Source: the human T2T-CHM13v2.0 reference genome, Homo sapiens. Taken from it: a stretch of DNA of 64,000 bases. The stretch lies in the NCBI RefSeq assembly GCF_009914755.1, contig NC_060929.1. One strand, written 5' to 3'. The notes beneath the pieces are model-generated. The model searched no databases and was not told the origin of the DNA. It was given only the letters and a program-made list of their open reading frames with translations. A program made the position numbers and the translations under genes. This document shows positions 18,220 through 42,716 of the stretch, one piece after another. Position 1 is the first letter of the stretch, and every line of letters begins with the position of its first letter.

Positions 18220-18506
18220 AGCCAGGCACAGTGGCTCATGCCTGTAATCCAGCACTTTGGGAGGCCAAGGCGGGCGGATCACGAGGTCAGGAGATCGAGA
18301 CCATCCTGGGTAACAAGGTGAAACCCTGTCTCTACTAAAAATACAAAAAATTAGCTGGGCGTGGTGGCGGACGCCTGCAGTCCTAGCCACTAGGGAGGCT
18401 GAGGCAGGAGAATGGCGTGAACCCGAGAGGCAGAGTTTGCACTGAGCCAAGACCATGCCACTGCACTCCAGCCTGGGCGACAGAGCGAGACTCCATCTAA
18501 AAAAAC
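18220..18506 (+). mobile_element. AluY-like within old L1 sequence
   Basis: Alu consensus with Y-type gaatggcgtgaacc. Confidence 0.88.
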
Positions 18507-21500
18507 ATCAGATGGCACTAAGAAACTCCGGAGCCATGCTAGATGCCTTGCTACCACAGGCACTGCCTCCGCCATTCTGAGCGCAACTGATCTGTAACTA
18601 AGAATTCTACACACATCTACACACAACCACACTACTCATTATGTGAGAGGGCAGAATAAAGAGTTTCAGACATTTGAGGCCTCAAAAAATTTCTCTCCCC
18701 TGTGGCAATTTAGGAAGCTTTTGGAGGATGCGTCCCACCAAAACAAGGGGGTAATCTGAGAGACAAGGACAGCAAGCAAGGAATCCAACATGGGAGGCAG
18801 ATGAAGGAAACCCCCACAAAATCACCAAGGGAGATCCAGGACAGCCCCTTCGAGCAGGTGCAGTGGCAGCCAGTGCAGAGGGGAACAGGGCTGAGGCTTG
18901 GGAGAGGTTCCTGAGAAGATGAAACTGATGAAATACCCAAGACATCTGCATGTGCTGACAGAAAATTCAGATGCCTGATGGAAGAGTTAGGGTTGAATTA
19001 CCACCAAGAACACAGAAACTACCCCCCAAAACAAACAAAAACCTCACACAAATAGAGTATAAGTGTTTGTTAACTCCAGGGAACAAAAGGTGAAAGGGGA
19101 AGGTCTGCTGTGCAAAGCATTTACACGCTCACGATGACGCAACGAGCCAAACACCATCACATCCACCAGCCTGGGAGGAGGGCGAGGAAGGCCGAGGGTG
19201 AGGGCTGGGTTGGTAAGAAGCTAAATCAGCATCTTATGCCCCAAACTGAGAAAGGATCAATGAAGAAAGAGCTAAGCATATTATTTCAATATGGAAACAG
19301 AGACCAAAATAATCAGCTAAATGAACTGAAGGAGTTTGCTTCTAGGGAGAGAGAAATAAAGGGAGAGGTGGAGGTATCTGTTTTTCATAAATATTTATAG
19401 AAATATTTGATCCTTGATTTAAAAAAACAAACCAAGCTACCTGTTTAGGAAGTTGCTACGCAGTTATATGCAAGGTGATCCTGTCTTTGAAGGATGTAAG
19501 TTCAAAAGGACATAAGTACAGATATGCTGGTGTTAACATCAGTCAACAGAGAGGTGCCATGCAGAGTGAGGCAGGACATGCACCAGCGTGCTCTCACTGG
19601 CCATCTCCAGGTGCTAACAGAGGGCTGGGTTACTTGCATTTCATTTTTTGAATTATATAAAGTATATACTTCGGTGGGATATCATGGGCAAAACTTTATC
19701 TTTCAAATACTTAAAATTTATGTTTTGTATTAAACCATTTTAATAGGCAAAATTAAAAGTGTGTCTATCTCTGTGCATGGTACTGTAGATGGAACAAAGG
19801 ATGGTGCAGTCCACACAGAACAGTTAACTTAGGGCTCCTCCCTTCCTGGGATGTGGGCAGGGGTGGGGCAGGGGGGCAGGGGGCAAGAGGGAGTTTCCCC
19901 CTTTGCTTTATACACCTGTGCAATGTTTGGAACTTCCCCACAGTGAGCATGCATCACTCTCCCACATGGACACAGATGTGGGGAGAGCCTGGCAAGGCCA
20001 TGGATGTGGGAAGCAGCAGGGAACAAGGTGACAGGGAGGAGAGGACACAGCAAGATGCCAGGTGGGTGGGGATGGTGAGCAGGAGGCAGGGATGGCAACG
20101 GGGCCATTTTCTGAAGGCTTCTTAGGTTTCTATACCTCGTGCTGGGCAAACCAAACACTCCTTTGGGCCCCATCTGACTCAGGCTGCAGGCACCGGCTAT
20201 TCCATAAAAAAGGCCTGCCGACGCTGCAGCTCTCACAAAGCCCCCAGTGACAGGAGGCCATTGTTTCCCACTTACCTTGGGGCCCAAGGGGGAACAAGTC
20301 AGACAAACCATTTCCCCTTATAAAATGAATAAGGCCTAATGTAGTAAGACTAATAATCTGGGAAATTATTCTAAAGCATAAATAAAATGTATTTAAGAGA
20401 TATCAAGAGTACCTTAAATTATATGAAGGTCTGTGGAAACTTCAGGAACAGAAATAGAATGGTACATCAGGAGATCTTTAATTCAGAAGCCTAGTGTTAC
20501 TATTTTTAAAGCAAAGTCACCAATATATTATTTTAACTGACCATCTGATGGCAGCAAAGGTTCTATTTTAAAAAACAGTACACTAGATGGCAGATGGGAG
20601 GCTGTCAGCTAGCCCTGGGAGGACAAGAGCTATCCCTGACGCTGCCCTTGGGCCACAGACCTGAGGCTTGAGACGAGACAACCCTGCCCTCTGTGGGTCG
20701 GTGGGCTCTACCCCCAAGGGAGGCCTTCAATGGCTGTGATGGAACCAATCTTTCCTGGCAAAAGAGATCTGAAAAAATTATTACCACTCCACCATCTAAA
20801 ACCCATCTGCTTATTTCTGTAGTAACAGGCTCTGCTGTTCTTGTCTCTCACTAGCTTCTTCCCCACAGATTTCAGTTCAGCAAAAAGATGACTTCTTGCT
20901 GTTGGAACATAAAATCTAATGGCAATCTGTTGATAAAATTAGTATAGTAATAATCCAGGGAATGCTAAGAATATCTATTTCCGATAAAATTATATTATCT
21001 CTGCCTCTAGTCTCACTCAGTATTTTAATTGTTTTTTAGAAAAAATTCGGGCCAGGAGGCCCTAGGTGGCTCTGCCACAGACTGTCACCCTGTGACCTTG
21101 GAGATCCCTAAGCAGGATGCCATAGAATCCTGGAAGCCAGGAAATGGAAACAAATGGGAAGACCAGAACAGTGAAAGTCATTTCAATAATTCTGGAAAAA
21201 ATTTATGAAGTCCTATGGGAGAAAGACTCTGTGAATGTAAAGAAGGTAGTCATTGTGGAGAAATATTCGGCCAGATTCCAAATCTGAACCTGAAGAAGAA
21301 AATTTCTGCTGATGTAAATTCATGTGAATGCAGTGTGTGTGGACAAGTCTTCACATGTCCTTCATCCCTTAATAGGCACATCTTATCTCATTCTGGACAC
21401 AAACTACATGCATGGGAGAAACGTGGGGTGAAGCCATACAAATGTAAACAATGTGAGAAAACCTTCATTTCTCTCACAAATGTCCAAAGACACATGGTAA

Positions 21501-21847
21501 CACACACTGGTAACAGGCCTCATAAATGTAAGAAATGTGGGAAGACATTTAAGTTTCTCTATTTACTTCAAAGACACAAAGTAATTTACAACGGAGAAAA
21601 ACCCTGTGAATGGAAGAAAGGTGGTAAAGCCTTGAGATTTTGCAGTTATTTTCAAAAACATAAAAGAACTCACAGTGGGGAAAAACCTTATAAATGTCAG
21701 AAATGTGAGAAAGCCTTTGGACATTCTGGTTACCTTCATAACCATAAAGGTGCTCATGCTGAAGAGAAACCCCGTGAATGTAGGAAATGTGGGAAACGAT
21801 TCAGTTTTTGTAGTTACTTTCAAAGACATAAAGAGCTCACAATGTGA

Positions 21848-21988
<141 letters not shown>

Positions 21989-21991
21989 TGA

Positions 21992-23356
<1,365 letters not shown>

Positions 23357-25097
23357 TAGAAATCCTGAGAATGTAAGGATTTGGGGAAAACATTCAGTTA
23401 ATTCAGTTATCTTTGAAAACATGAAAGAAATTATACTGGAGGAAAACCGTATAATTTACATAACATGCATATGAGGAACGTGATGATGCCTTTATATGTT
23501 CCAGTTACCTCTGAGCACATTAAAAAGCACATGGAACTCTTCCATTTCCCTTTGAAAATACGAAACAAAACTACTACTGAGGAAAAATTCTATGCATGTA
23601 AACAATGTGGTAGTGTCTTCAGTCTTTCCAGTTCTACTTGAAGACATAAAAGAACTCATTTCTAAAAAACCCTATAAATGTAAAGAACGTGGGGATGCCT
23701 TTGTTTCTCTCCGGCACATTGAAAGACATGATGTATGCAAACTGGAGATGGATCTTTAAATACAAGAAGGTATTCTGTATCTAAACCCTAGTAGTTTGCA
23801 AATAAATTTTCATTTTAATAATTATTTCAAAAGTCATCTGAGAACTCCCACTGAGAACAAATCTTATAAATTTAAGGAATTTGGAAAGCCTGATGCAAAT
23901 TAAATATTCCACAATGCTCAAAACATGCACATGAATGAAATGTTATACAAGTTATAAATATATTGTGTTTGTCAGTGGCTCATTTCTAATGACCATCTCT
24001 GGACTGTTGATTTCCACCTTATTTAACACGAAAATATTGAGGTGAGAATTCTGTAGATACCCTTTAAGCAACATGAATCCAATAGGTAGTGTGGGTTTTT
24101 TTGTCAGTTAATACAAAATTTTGTCTGTATGTCTAAATGTTTTTGGATCTGCAGGTGAATTAAAATGTATTTCTAATAAGTAGGTAACACTGATTTTTAT
24201 GTAGCTTTTTAATTGTTCTGTAATATGTCATTGAAAACAGATTTTGTTAACTGTTGGGGTTTTCTTACTGGCCTTATTTGACAAGTTTTAATTGTTCTTC
24301 ACCTATTACATCAATTCCATCTTTCTTTTTTATGAAAAATGTACTGTTTTTTGGCAGGAAGAAGTTTATTTCATTTTCTTTGCTACTGAAGTATTGGTAT
24401 CAAATTGTGAAAAAAAAAATCTATCATGATAGTCTGCTTACACAGCCGTACAAGTAATAATAACAAAAAATTGTAAAATCAGCTTAGAGAGAATTATATT
24501 AATTATATTATCGCTCCCTAGCTTATTAAATGTTTTTCCTGACAGTACAGTCACACTGTTATTCAAATCCCGGCCTCTGCTGAGCCCACAGGCCTGCTCT
24601 GAACCCTTGCGGTGCAGGGTCTGGCCACTCCCACCAGTGATGCAGGGAAGCTGGCACGGCAGAATTTTAGGATAAGAGAAATGGATATGTGGGTCATTAT
24701 TTAAGAAAGAGAGTTCTCAAGCAGCTGTCTCACTGACTACTTGGCCTTTAAGTTCCTTGCTCATTAAAAATGGGATTTCAAATATGGCAAATATATTAAA
24801 AACAGGTGAATGTAGATAAATGGTAGTTGGAAGTTCTCTGTCCTATTCTTGAAATTTTTCTCTAAGTTTTAAGTTACTTTAAAATGAAAAGTTTAAAACA
24901 ATGTATTCTTGCGCAGTATCTGACTGAGAGCGCAGTACCTGGCTGTGTCCACAGCAGCTGGTCTAGCCTGGCAGGCCAGGCGGCTCCACAGATGCCTCCT
25001 AGAATGACTCTCTTAAAACACCATATGATTCCATCATCTATTTGGATTTTCAAGCCTAACAATTTTTTTTAAATGTTATTTTGTATGTAAAGGATTA

Positions 25098-25310
<213 letters not shown>

Positions 25311-25889
25311 TTATTTGAAAATTATCCAAAGTTCCTTTATGACTAAATTTCATGAAACTGTAACTTACTTCCAATCACTGCACTGGCTAAAGTAAAAAGA
25401 TAACTTGGTATAATGGAACTTTCTAAAAATTTTCCAAAGAATATATAAATAACAAACTTAACGTCTTACAAGTTAAAAATTAAAAAAAAAACCAACAACC
25501 TTTTATAGCATGGTAAATAGAATCTCAAACACAAATTTTCCTACTTCTTACATTTTTGGCTGAAATTCTCCGTACCAGCCTAAAGACCATGCTGTTACAG
25601 GCTCATCAATCACAACACATGTACCCTCTGGTGGGAGATGCTGAGAACGGGGGAGGCTCTGCACGTAAGGGGCTGGAGACAGACAGGAACTCAGTACCTC
25701 CCGCTCAATTTTGCTGTGGCTCTAAATTGCTCTACAATATATACGTTTTTAAAAGTGATTATACAACAACAACAAAAAGGACACTTGACCCCACTCCCCG
25801 CTTAGCAACGCCCCGATTCTTTGCTCCCTTTGCAAGCAAAACTCCCCAAAGAGGTGTCTCATGTGCTATCTCCAATTCTTCTCCCTTCT

Positions 25890-26202
<313 letters not shown>

Positions 26203-27110
26203 TTCTCCCATTTTTTTCTTAATCCCACTTGGATCAGGTTTGTGCAGCCACCATTCTGCTGAAACTGTCCTCCTCGAGGCCACTGATGTCTTCCATGCTG
26301 CTAAATCCACTGGCCAGTCCTATAATCCCAGCGGGCCCTGCCCTGTCCTGTCTCTAACTTCTCGCTGTCAAAATACCCAGCAACTGGTCCTTGACCCTCT
26401 TCTCTTCTGTAACCACACTCACTTTCTTAGTGATCTCAGTTACAGGCCATCAGCTCCCAAATTCCTACGTTCAATTCAGACATATCTCCTGAACTCCAGG
26501 CTCATTCCTCTGCCTCCCTATTCCCAGTTCCACCTTGATGTCTAACAGGCATCTTAAAGCCATCTCCAGAACTGAACTCCTGATTCCATCCCTAGCCCAG
26601 TCTGCTCTTCTCACAGCCTTCATCATCTCAGTTGAGAGCTCCCTCATCCTTCAGGTGCTCAGGCCAAAAATCTAGGTGTCATTCTCAATTCCTCTCTCTC
26701 ATACCACACATCTCATCTATCAGCTAATACCATGGCTCTATCTTTAGAACCATTTCAGCATCCAGTCTCTTCCCCTCTCACCCTTCCTATTACCCCTCTG
26801 GGCCAAATGGACCCTCCGTTATCCCTTAACAGAACTGCTGCAACAGCAGTAACTGATGTTCCATGCTCCCACCCCTTATAGTGGGTTACCAACCCAGATG
26901 CCAGAGTTACGCTTTTCAAACAGAAGGCAGGTGAGCTCACTGCTCTGCTAAGACTCTTACTCTGACTTGCCTTAGAGCAAAAGACATCCTTACAACGGCC
27001 TAGAGGCTTGTGGTGTTCACCCTCTTCTCTTCCCCTGCTCCCTCATCTCTAGCCACGCCACCTCTTGATGGTCTTGGAAAACACCAGGCGGGCATCCACT
27101 GCTGTCCTGA

Positions 27111-27471
<361 letters not shown>

Positions 27472-28247
27472 AGACCAACTTCTTTATCCCCTTCAAGGCT
27501 TTCTTCGAATGTCACCAACTCATGGAGGTCTTTCCCCAGCCACCTTATTTAAAACTGCAGCCTCAAGTCCAACCCTCAGCACTTTTGATCCCCTGACCCA
27601 GCTCCACCCTTTGTCCACAGCACCTAGCACATTCTAATGGACTACATGCTTTCCTCATTTATCATGTGGCTTGTCTATCTTCCCTGACAGGCTCCAGGGA
27701 AGCCAGGTAGGCCAAGTCCCAGAGAGTGCCCAGCACACAGAGGGCAATCAGATATTTGTTAATGACTGAACACACCAATAAATTCAGGATGAAGTTGGGC
27801 ATTATGCCTCTCAATAGATTAATACTTCATTTCACTGTTAGTAAGATGATTCTACTTAAGATTCTGGAAATACAGAATCTTAAATAGAATTAGTGACTTA
27901 ATCATTTTAAGTAATACTCATAAACTCCTGAACCCTAAAATCCTGGCTATCAGGGATTTGAGAAAAACATTTTATAGTTCAGCAAAACACATTAGTGATC
28001 CTGGTCTGCTCTGAAGAATTCTTTCCAGTCATCCTTTATCTGTTATGAAGATGAAAACCCATGTGGTACAAATAATTAAATATAACTATCAAATTTTCTA
28101 AATATTTCTCTGCAACAGAGAAAGTTATCTGTGATGTCACAAAATGTATTGCCACCTACATTTCCTAAGTATAAAAAGCAGTTGCTGTCTTTTCTAGATG
28201 TTCATTCTTTGATGTACAGTGCATTACTGAATAAAAATGATACTTAC

Positions 28248-28306
28248 ACATCTTGAAATTCTTCTAGAGTTTTTTGTGGTGTAAACACATTTAACAAACT
28301 AATTAT
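28248..28306 (-). CDS. MAPK9: MAPK9 exon 4 (IISLLNVFTPQKTLEEFQDV), 59 nt
   Basis: Acceptor cttttcag|AT and donor TGT|gtaagt. Confidence 0.97.
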
Positions 28307-28778
28307 CTGAAAAGAGAAAATTAATTATACTTCAATATGTCAGATTACTTGATTACAAAAATTAAGTTTAATATTGAAATGCATTAAGACGGGAAAAAAA
28401 TCACAGCAGAATTCAGTACTTATTATTACTGCTTTTACCAATTACATGGCATTTGAGAAAAGTTAAACATCAATTAAAGGAAAGATGCACTTTTAATCAA
28501 ATCACTTTTATGTGTCCCTAGTAACTTAATTATTACAGAATTTAAACACATAATGTCTTTTTGAACATAAAAAAGTAGAATTTACAGGTAAAAAGACATT
28601 AAAGCAGTATGTTAACTCTGAAAACTTAAATACTACGCACAAATTTCTAAAAAGGTTTGAAATATGAAGGCTAAGCTCTTGTTTTTGGTGTGATAAAGTG
28701 AAAGGCCTCGTAGCATCATATTTTTACCTAAAGAGGGTTAAAGAGCTGATCCTGCGGCAGGCCTCCATCCTGGCACCC

Positions 28779-29157
28779 TGACATGATTTGGCTGTGTCCC
28801 CACCCAAATCTCATCTTGAATTGTAATCCCCATAATCCCCACGTGTCTAGGGAGAGACCTGGTGGGAGGTGACTGGATCATGGGGGCGGTTTCCCCCGTG
28901 CTGTTCTTGTGACAGTGAGTGAGTTCTCAGGAGACCTGATGGTTTTCTAAGGAGCACTGCCCACTTTGCTCTTTACTTTTCTCTCTCCTGCCGCCTTGTG
29001 AAGAAGGTGCCTGCCTCCCTTTCGTCTTCCGCCATGATTGCAAGTTTCCTGAGGTCTCCCACATCATGCGCAACTATGAGTTATTTAAACCGCTTTCCTT
29101 TATAAGTTACACTGTCTTGGGTATCTCTTTATGGCAGTGCGGGAACGAACCAGTACA
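28779..29157 (+). mobile_element. THE1 (MaLR) solo LTR, THE1D-like
   Basis: TG...CA ends; tttggctgtgtccccacccaaatctcatcttgaattg; 5-bp TSD caccc/cagcc. Confidence 0.85.
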
Positions 29158-29780
29158 CAGCCCATGGTGTAAACAGCGAGTCCCACGGCTTAGGCACCAA
29201 ACACATAACCTCAGTCATTCCAGATGACTGAGGGAAAGATGAATTATCCATTATACAGGATTGGGGTGATTGGTTAGCTAAGGACAAAAATAAAACTGCA
29301 TCCATATTTCAATCTTTATACCAAGAAAAACTCTAAATGGAACAAAGACTTAAATCTAAAACATGAAATAAAACCTCAGAATATAGATAAACATTTATAT
29401 AATCCTAGTGTAGAAAATCTTTTCTAAACATGACAGGAAACCTAAGAGATCTGATTACATTAAAATGAAACAAAAAATGGGTGATAAAAAATCAGTATGT
29501 CAACAACATAAATAATGTCAAATGGAAAAAAAAAAGTAAAGGGCAACAGTTTTAATATTTAAAAAAAAAACCCTCCTACAAATGCAGAAGAGACCAGCAG
29601 TCCAAAAGAAAAATGGATAAAGGCCATAAAAATTAAATTACCAAAACACATAAAAATAAGTAACAACCTCACCAATAAAAATAAAATATCATTTATTTAT
29701 CAAATTGGCAAAAGCAAAACAAAAAAAATCAACAGTATGTAGTGCTGGGGGATTCTGAAGTAACAGACGTTCTCAGACAC

Positions 29781-30212
<432 letters not shown>

Positions 30213-30743
30213 TCTCAAATACTCTTAATGAAAATATCAAACTAATAGTCTTCCTTGAGGTCAATTTGTCAGTATATTTTAAACTAGAAGTGTGTGTACT
30301 CTGACCTGACAATGTTGGCCAAGAAATTCACCTGGACGAGTATGCAAAAATTCAGGCGTTAGAATGTTCATTGCAGCACTGCTTATAACAGTGAGAAACA
30401 AAACAATCTATCCAACAACAGGCGGCTGGCAGTCTCTTAAATAAATTACTGTGCATCTGTGCTATGCAACCATTTAAAAACTGGCTCATATCTATGTTCA
30501 TTAAAGTATATGAGGTCTACCAACATTGCACAAGGAGAAAAGCAGGATGAAGAATAACACGATTAATCTTGTTTATGTACTTGTGCACATGTATGCATAA
30601 GAATGCTCACCAAACTGTTAATGCTAGTAATCTGTGGGTGGTGGTATTCAGGAGTTTTTACTTTTTTATATTGTTTGAATTTTTAAAAATAATATATATT
30701 TTTTGTAACCTGAAAAAATTTTTTAAATAAGTAAGTAAAACAA

Positions 30744-31585
<842 letters not shown>

Positions 31586-32007
31586 AACATTTTGTAATTT
31601 TATAACATGGCAACGTTATCAACATAATGCTCAGCGACCACTAGGAGAACAAACAATGTGCTTGATTGAACCCAACTTCATTTTCTAGAAACATTATTTC
31701 TCCGTAAAATTTAGTGCTTTGATTTCTGTGGAGCTTCCAAGAATAGCTACTCTAAATGTAACATCATCTAATAACGTGTATTTGAAACTGGTGTGTCATA
31801 TACAAGGTAAAAACCTACTTATAGAACAACATCTTTCCACAAAATATTTAGTTGTTTCTCAATTTGTTAGATCAATACTGTTCCTATTTTACAGAAACAG
31901 AGTATCAATTGATATTCCTACTTTGGTTAAGTGACCTAAATTCCTATGCACCATAATGATGCCTCTTTCTAGCTTTGATTTCCTCAATGTTTATTAAGAA
32001 TTTTATC

Positions 32008-32617
<610 letters not shown>

Positions 32618-32639
32618 TTAATAGCCATTTTTATCCTTA

Positions 32640-32951
<312 letters not shown>

Positions 32952-34030
32952 TCATCTTTTTAATAAGTAACAAGGAAAAATCTGCTTATTTCATTCAAGG
33001 TACTTGCACATATGAAGAGCAGAGTGAGTTGTCTAAGACTACAGCATGTACTAACTCCTTTGCAGAGGCACATTTCAGCCACAGTTAAGATGGGGTTCAG
33101 CAATCCTTCACACACCAAGGTTTCATAGTTTAGATTACATTCAAAACCAGGTAATTTAATATAGAGTGCATAAAACCAGTCAAGAAATGAAATCTTCAGT
33201 TTAAACATGACAAGAAGTTGGAAACAAAGTCACTGTTTCCTGTCTTAAAATGTGTATATTTTGGAATATCACAGTAGAGGAAATGGCTGAATTCATGAGG
33301 AGAATAAATCTAAATTTTGAATCACTGTGTTTTTTTCACAAATAACAGTATCTAAAAAGAAAAGAAGCCAAAATTTCAGCTCATGGTAAATGTTCAAGAT
33401 ACAAAATCTCTAACGTAAGCAACTGCTATATAAAGTTCTTTTAGAACTATCTCCTCCTACTACTATAGTAAGAATAAAATCTACAGGCTGTGTTTCCAGC
33501 ATCTCGTTTCCTGTTGAAATTCTGTTCATTTTCCTCCAGAAAATAGACATGAAGAATCAAGTAGCCTGATTACACATTTTTAGGTTTCAAACTGGTACTA
33601 AATAGTATCATTTGTATTATCACCTCTGGGCTACTCATGAGGGCTAACAGCTACTAAAGGCCACCTGAGAACCTAAGCACTGATTTAAATAATGTTTCTA
33701 TTTCTTTATTCCATTGAGTTTATAACATTGTTTACATTTATTCTCTTCTATTAATGCTTTTGCCAAACTCGAACCTAATTCAATCTGTTTTAAAGTTGAA
33801 GGCTATCTGTTGTAGCATTTGGTTAAGAAGCTACCTTACTTTAATTCAGTTCATATTATGTGTCTGTCTATATACATATGTAAATCCACAGGTTCATATG
33901 CAAATTGCACCATTTATATGAATTATAAAATGAGAAGGATATATCCACTTGTGAAACAAGTCATTGACATACATGTAGCCATGTATGTATTTATACTTAT
34001 ATACTTCTCAGACTCAAGAATTTGAAAATA

Positions 34031-34356
34031 GGCCAGGTGTGGTGGCTTATGCCTGTATTCCCAGCACTTTGGGAGGCCAAGGCAGGCAGATCGCTTGAGC
34101 CCAGGAGTTTGAGACCAGCCTGGGCAATACAGTGAAACCTTGTCTGTACAAAAAATACAAAGATTAGCTGAGTGTGGTGGTGCATGTCTGTAGACCCAGT
34201 TACTCAGGGGACTGAGGTGGGAGGACTGCTTGAGCCGGGGGTCGAGACTGCAGTGAGCACTGATCCCTCCACTGCACCCCAGCCTGGGTGACAGACTGAG
34301 ACCCTGTTGCCCAGGGTCTCAAAAAAAAAAAAAAAAAAAAAAGAAAAAGAAAAAAA
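34031..34356 (+). mobile_element. AluJ
   Basis: Alu with J-type gcttgagcccaggagtt; TSD aagaatttgaaaa. Confidence 0.88.
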
Positions 34357-34399
34357 GAATTTGAAAACAGACACACTTTTTTGGTATCAAAAGTTTTTG

Positions 34400-39120
<4,721 letters not shown>

Positions 39121-40036
39121 AATGCTGAGCATGGGGGACAGTGGGAATGTTGGCAGAAAACTGGCACAGCTGTTTCACAGGCACACTTTTAATTAACAGC
39201 CCTAGTTTTAGCCACTCATTTCATCTCTTCTTCATTGTCATCTCTATGCCCACAGCCTCTGTAGTTTTACTATAGCTAGGTTCTCTTCCTTACGCACATA
39301 CTTCAGCTGCTTATTCTCACTTTATCTGCTGTTTTATCTGTATCACAAGATTCAAGCTACTTTCTATATTTCATAAATTTGTTAAAACTGTCTTCCACTT
39401 ATTACTGCCCTCTTATCTTTGTACAGGTGTTCGGGCCACCATCTTAAATGAGAAGTTCCAAACCACTCATTTTACAGGTGAAAATATTGAGGCCCATAAA
39501 GAAACTGATTTGCCCTGCTCACAAAGAACTCTTCGCTGAGGAAAAGAGCTGGACTCAGAACTCAAGTCTTCTGAATCACAGCCATCCTGTGCCTCAAACC
39601 ATGTCTCCTTTATCACAGAAATTTTGTTGTGAACATTGTTATGTTTTTATTTATTTATATTAATAGAAAATAAACCATGTTAAGAACAGGCCAGTACTCA
39701 TGTTTATACAGAACTTGAGGACACAAAAAGGAACACGCTATACCAATTATTTCATGTTAAGGCTGTAACTGTTACTTCTAAGAACCGCCAGACTCAATAT
39801 TGAACACTTTTTTAAAGGTTAAGCATTTCATAGAATGGTTTCGTAAAGCAAATAATCTTTACTATTTTGGCCAAACTTGAGATTTTTGAAGGAGAAAGAA
39901 AAACTGAATATATGTATGAAAGAAATGTACATACATTTTCTCCACTAGAGCTTCAAAATCTTACAATTATTTAATTGTACTATAACACAGTTGATATTTA
40001 TGAATACTTCAAAATTATATTTTAAAACTTATTTTA

Positions 40037-40330
<294 letters not shown>

Positions 40331-40629
40331 ATTTTAAAATTTAAAAACTTATTTCCTAATAAATTTTACTAACATATTTAAAGGAACAAAAACAAATAAA
40401 CAAATCAAAGACAACTATAAAAACAATTCAAAATTAGGAACCAGAATATTTTCTTCTGGCTCCAGCTCTTCCATTTAATCCTGTACAGGTCACAGGCCCT
40501 ACCTGCACGTTGGTTTATCTGCACACCTGCCCTTCATAAAGCTCTAATTTAAATAGAAGATTAACTAGTTGCATAAACCATACACTGTTGCTGTTATATT
40601 TCTCAAAAATGTAGAAATACACATGCTTG

Positions 40630-41077
40630 TGAATTAGTTTCCTATTGCTATTGTAACAAGTAACCACCAATTTACTGCTTTAAAGCCACACAAACTTACT
40701 ATCTTACAGTTCTGGAGGTGAGAAGTCCAAAATGCATCTTATGCCTCAAGAGGTAAGCAGGGCTGCGTGGCTCCTTCTGCAGGCTCTGGGGGGAGTCTGC
40801 TCCCTGCCTCTCTCAGCTGGTTGGAGGCTTCCTGTATTGCTTGGCTGTGGCCCCACATCACTCCAAACTTCGCTCTGCCATCACATCTCTGACTATGACC
40901 TTCCTGTCTCCCTTTTGTAAGAAGGACCCACCCAACTAAACCTGGGATAACCCTCCCATCTCAAGACCATTAATGTAATCACACCGGCTAAATTCCTTTT
41001 GCCATGTAAAGAAATATACAAATTCCAGGGATTAGGACGTGGACATCTCAGGCGGGACCATTATTCTGCATGCTACA
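40630..41077 (-). mobile_element. MLT1 (MaLR) solo LTR
   Basis: ttagtttcctattgct...cttacagttctggagg...ggattaggacgtggacatc are typical of antisense MLT1C/D. Confidence 0.78.
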
Positions 41078-41882
41078 CTCCCCAAAGAATCACTGACAGA
41101 TGATTTTCAAGTACAATAGTGATGAAAGGAAGTTTCAGATCATCAATTAACTACATAATGCCAATATTTTAATACGAAATATGATAGAAAATCCAATTCC
41201 TCTTGTCAGTGTTAGCTAATCTACTGTTGAGCTTATTTTTGGAAAAGCAAGCTTTTTTTTCTTTTTTGAAACGGGAATGTGCCGTAACTAGATTATTTCC
41301 CAATTCTACTTGGTGCCTCATAGCCTGGTGAAGGATACAGAGAAAAGAGAAAGGTGAAAAGGAAGTGAAAATCACTTATAAAGTGTTTACTTTCCCTATT
41401 AGAACATAAGATAGAAGGATACCATAAAACTGAAAGTCAGTTATAGCTATAAAAATTGAAACTGTTCTTGAATGTAACAATTGTCTTATAGAGATAAATA
41501 CAATTAAATGAAAATTGTTTAATAGGTGTTTAGTGAATATTTGTTCATTATTACTAAGATTCTAAACAGAAGGTGGGTCAGAGGCCTTGACCTATCAAAG
41601 TATCAGTGGTTCAAAGTCTTCAACAAGTCTCTCCGTGGTACAGGCAATAAGGTCCCAAAGGCCCACAGCTTGTTTTGGTCCCAGGCCTACCACTAACACC
41701 CCGTGAGACGGGAGAAGCAAGTGAGCCTTCCTAGTCCTTCGATTCACCACCAGTGAGGGTTATGGCAGAGCTCATGGTGATTCTACAATATACACTATTC
41801 ACATTACTACCAACCTTCAAAAGCAAGTGAATGACATGCCAGCTGGGATAAATGAAGCACGTATTTAAAACAGCTACCTGTA

Positions 41883-42716
<834 letters not shown>

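Noticed and set aside
20276-20316. Possible 41-nt cryptic exon ending in the consensus donor AAG|gtaagt
   Set aside because: The acceptor (ttttataag) is weak, and isolated strong donors are common in long introns.
21215-21847. 210-aa ZNF ORF as a functional gene
   Set aside because: It has no KRAB-A, several fingers lack Cys or His, and stops, frameshifts and an Alu follow. Treated as a pseudogene remnant.
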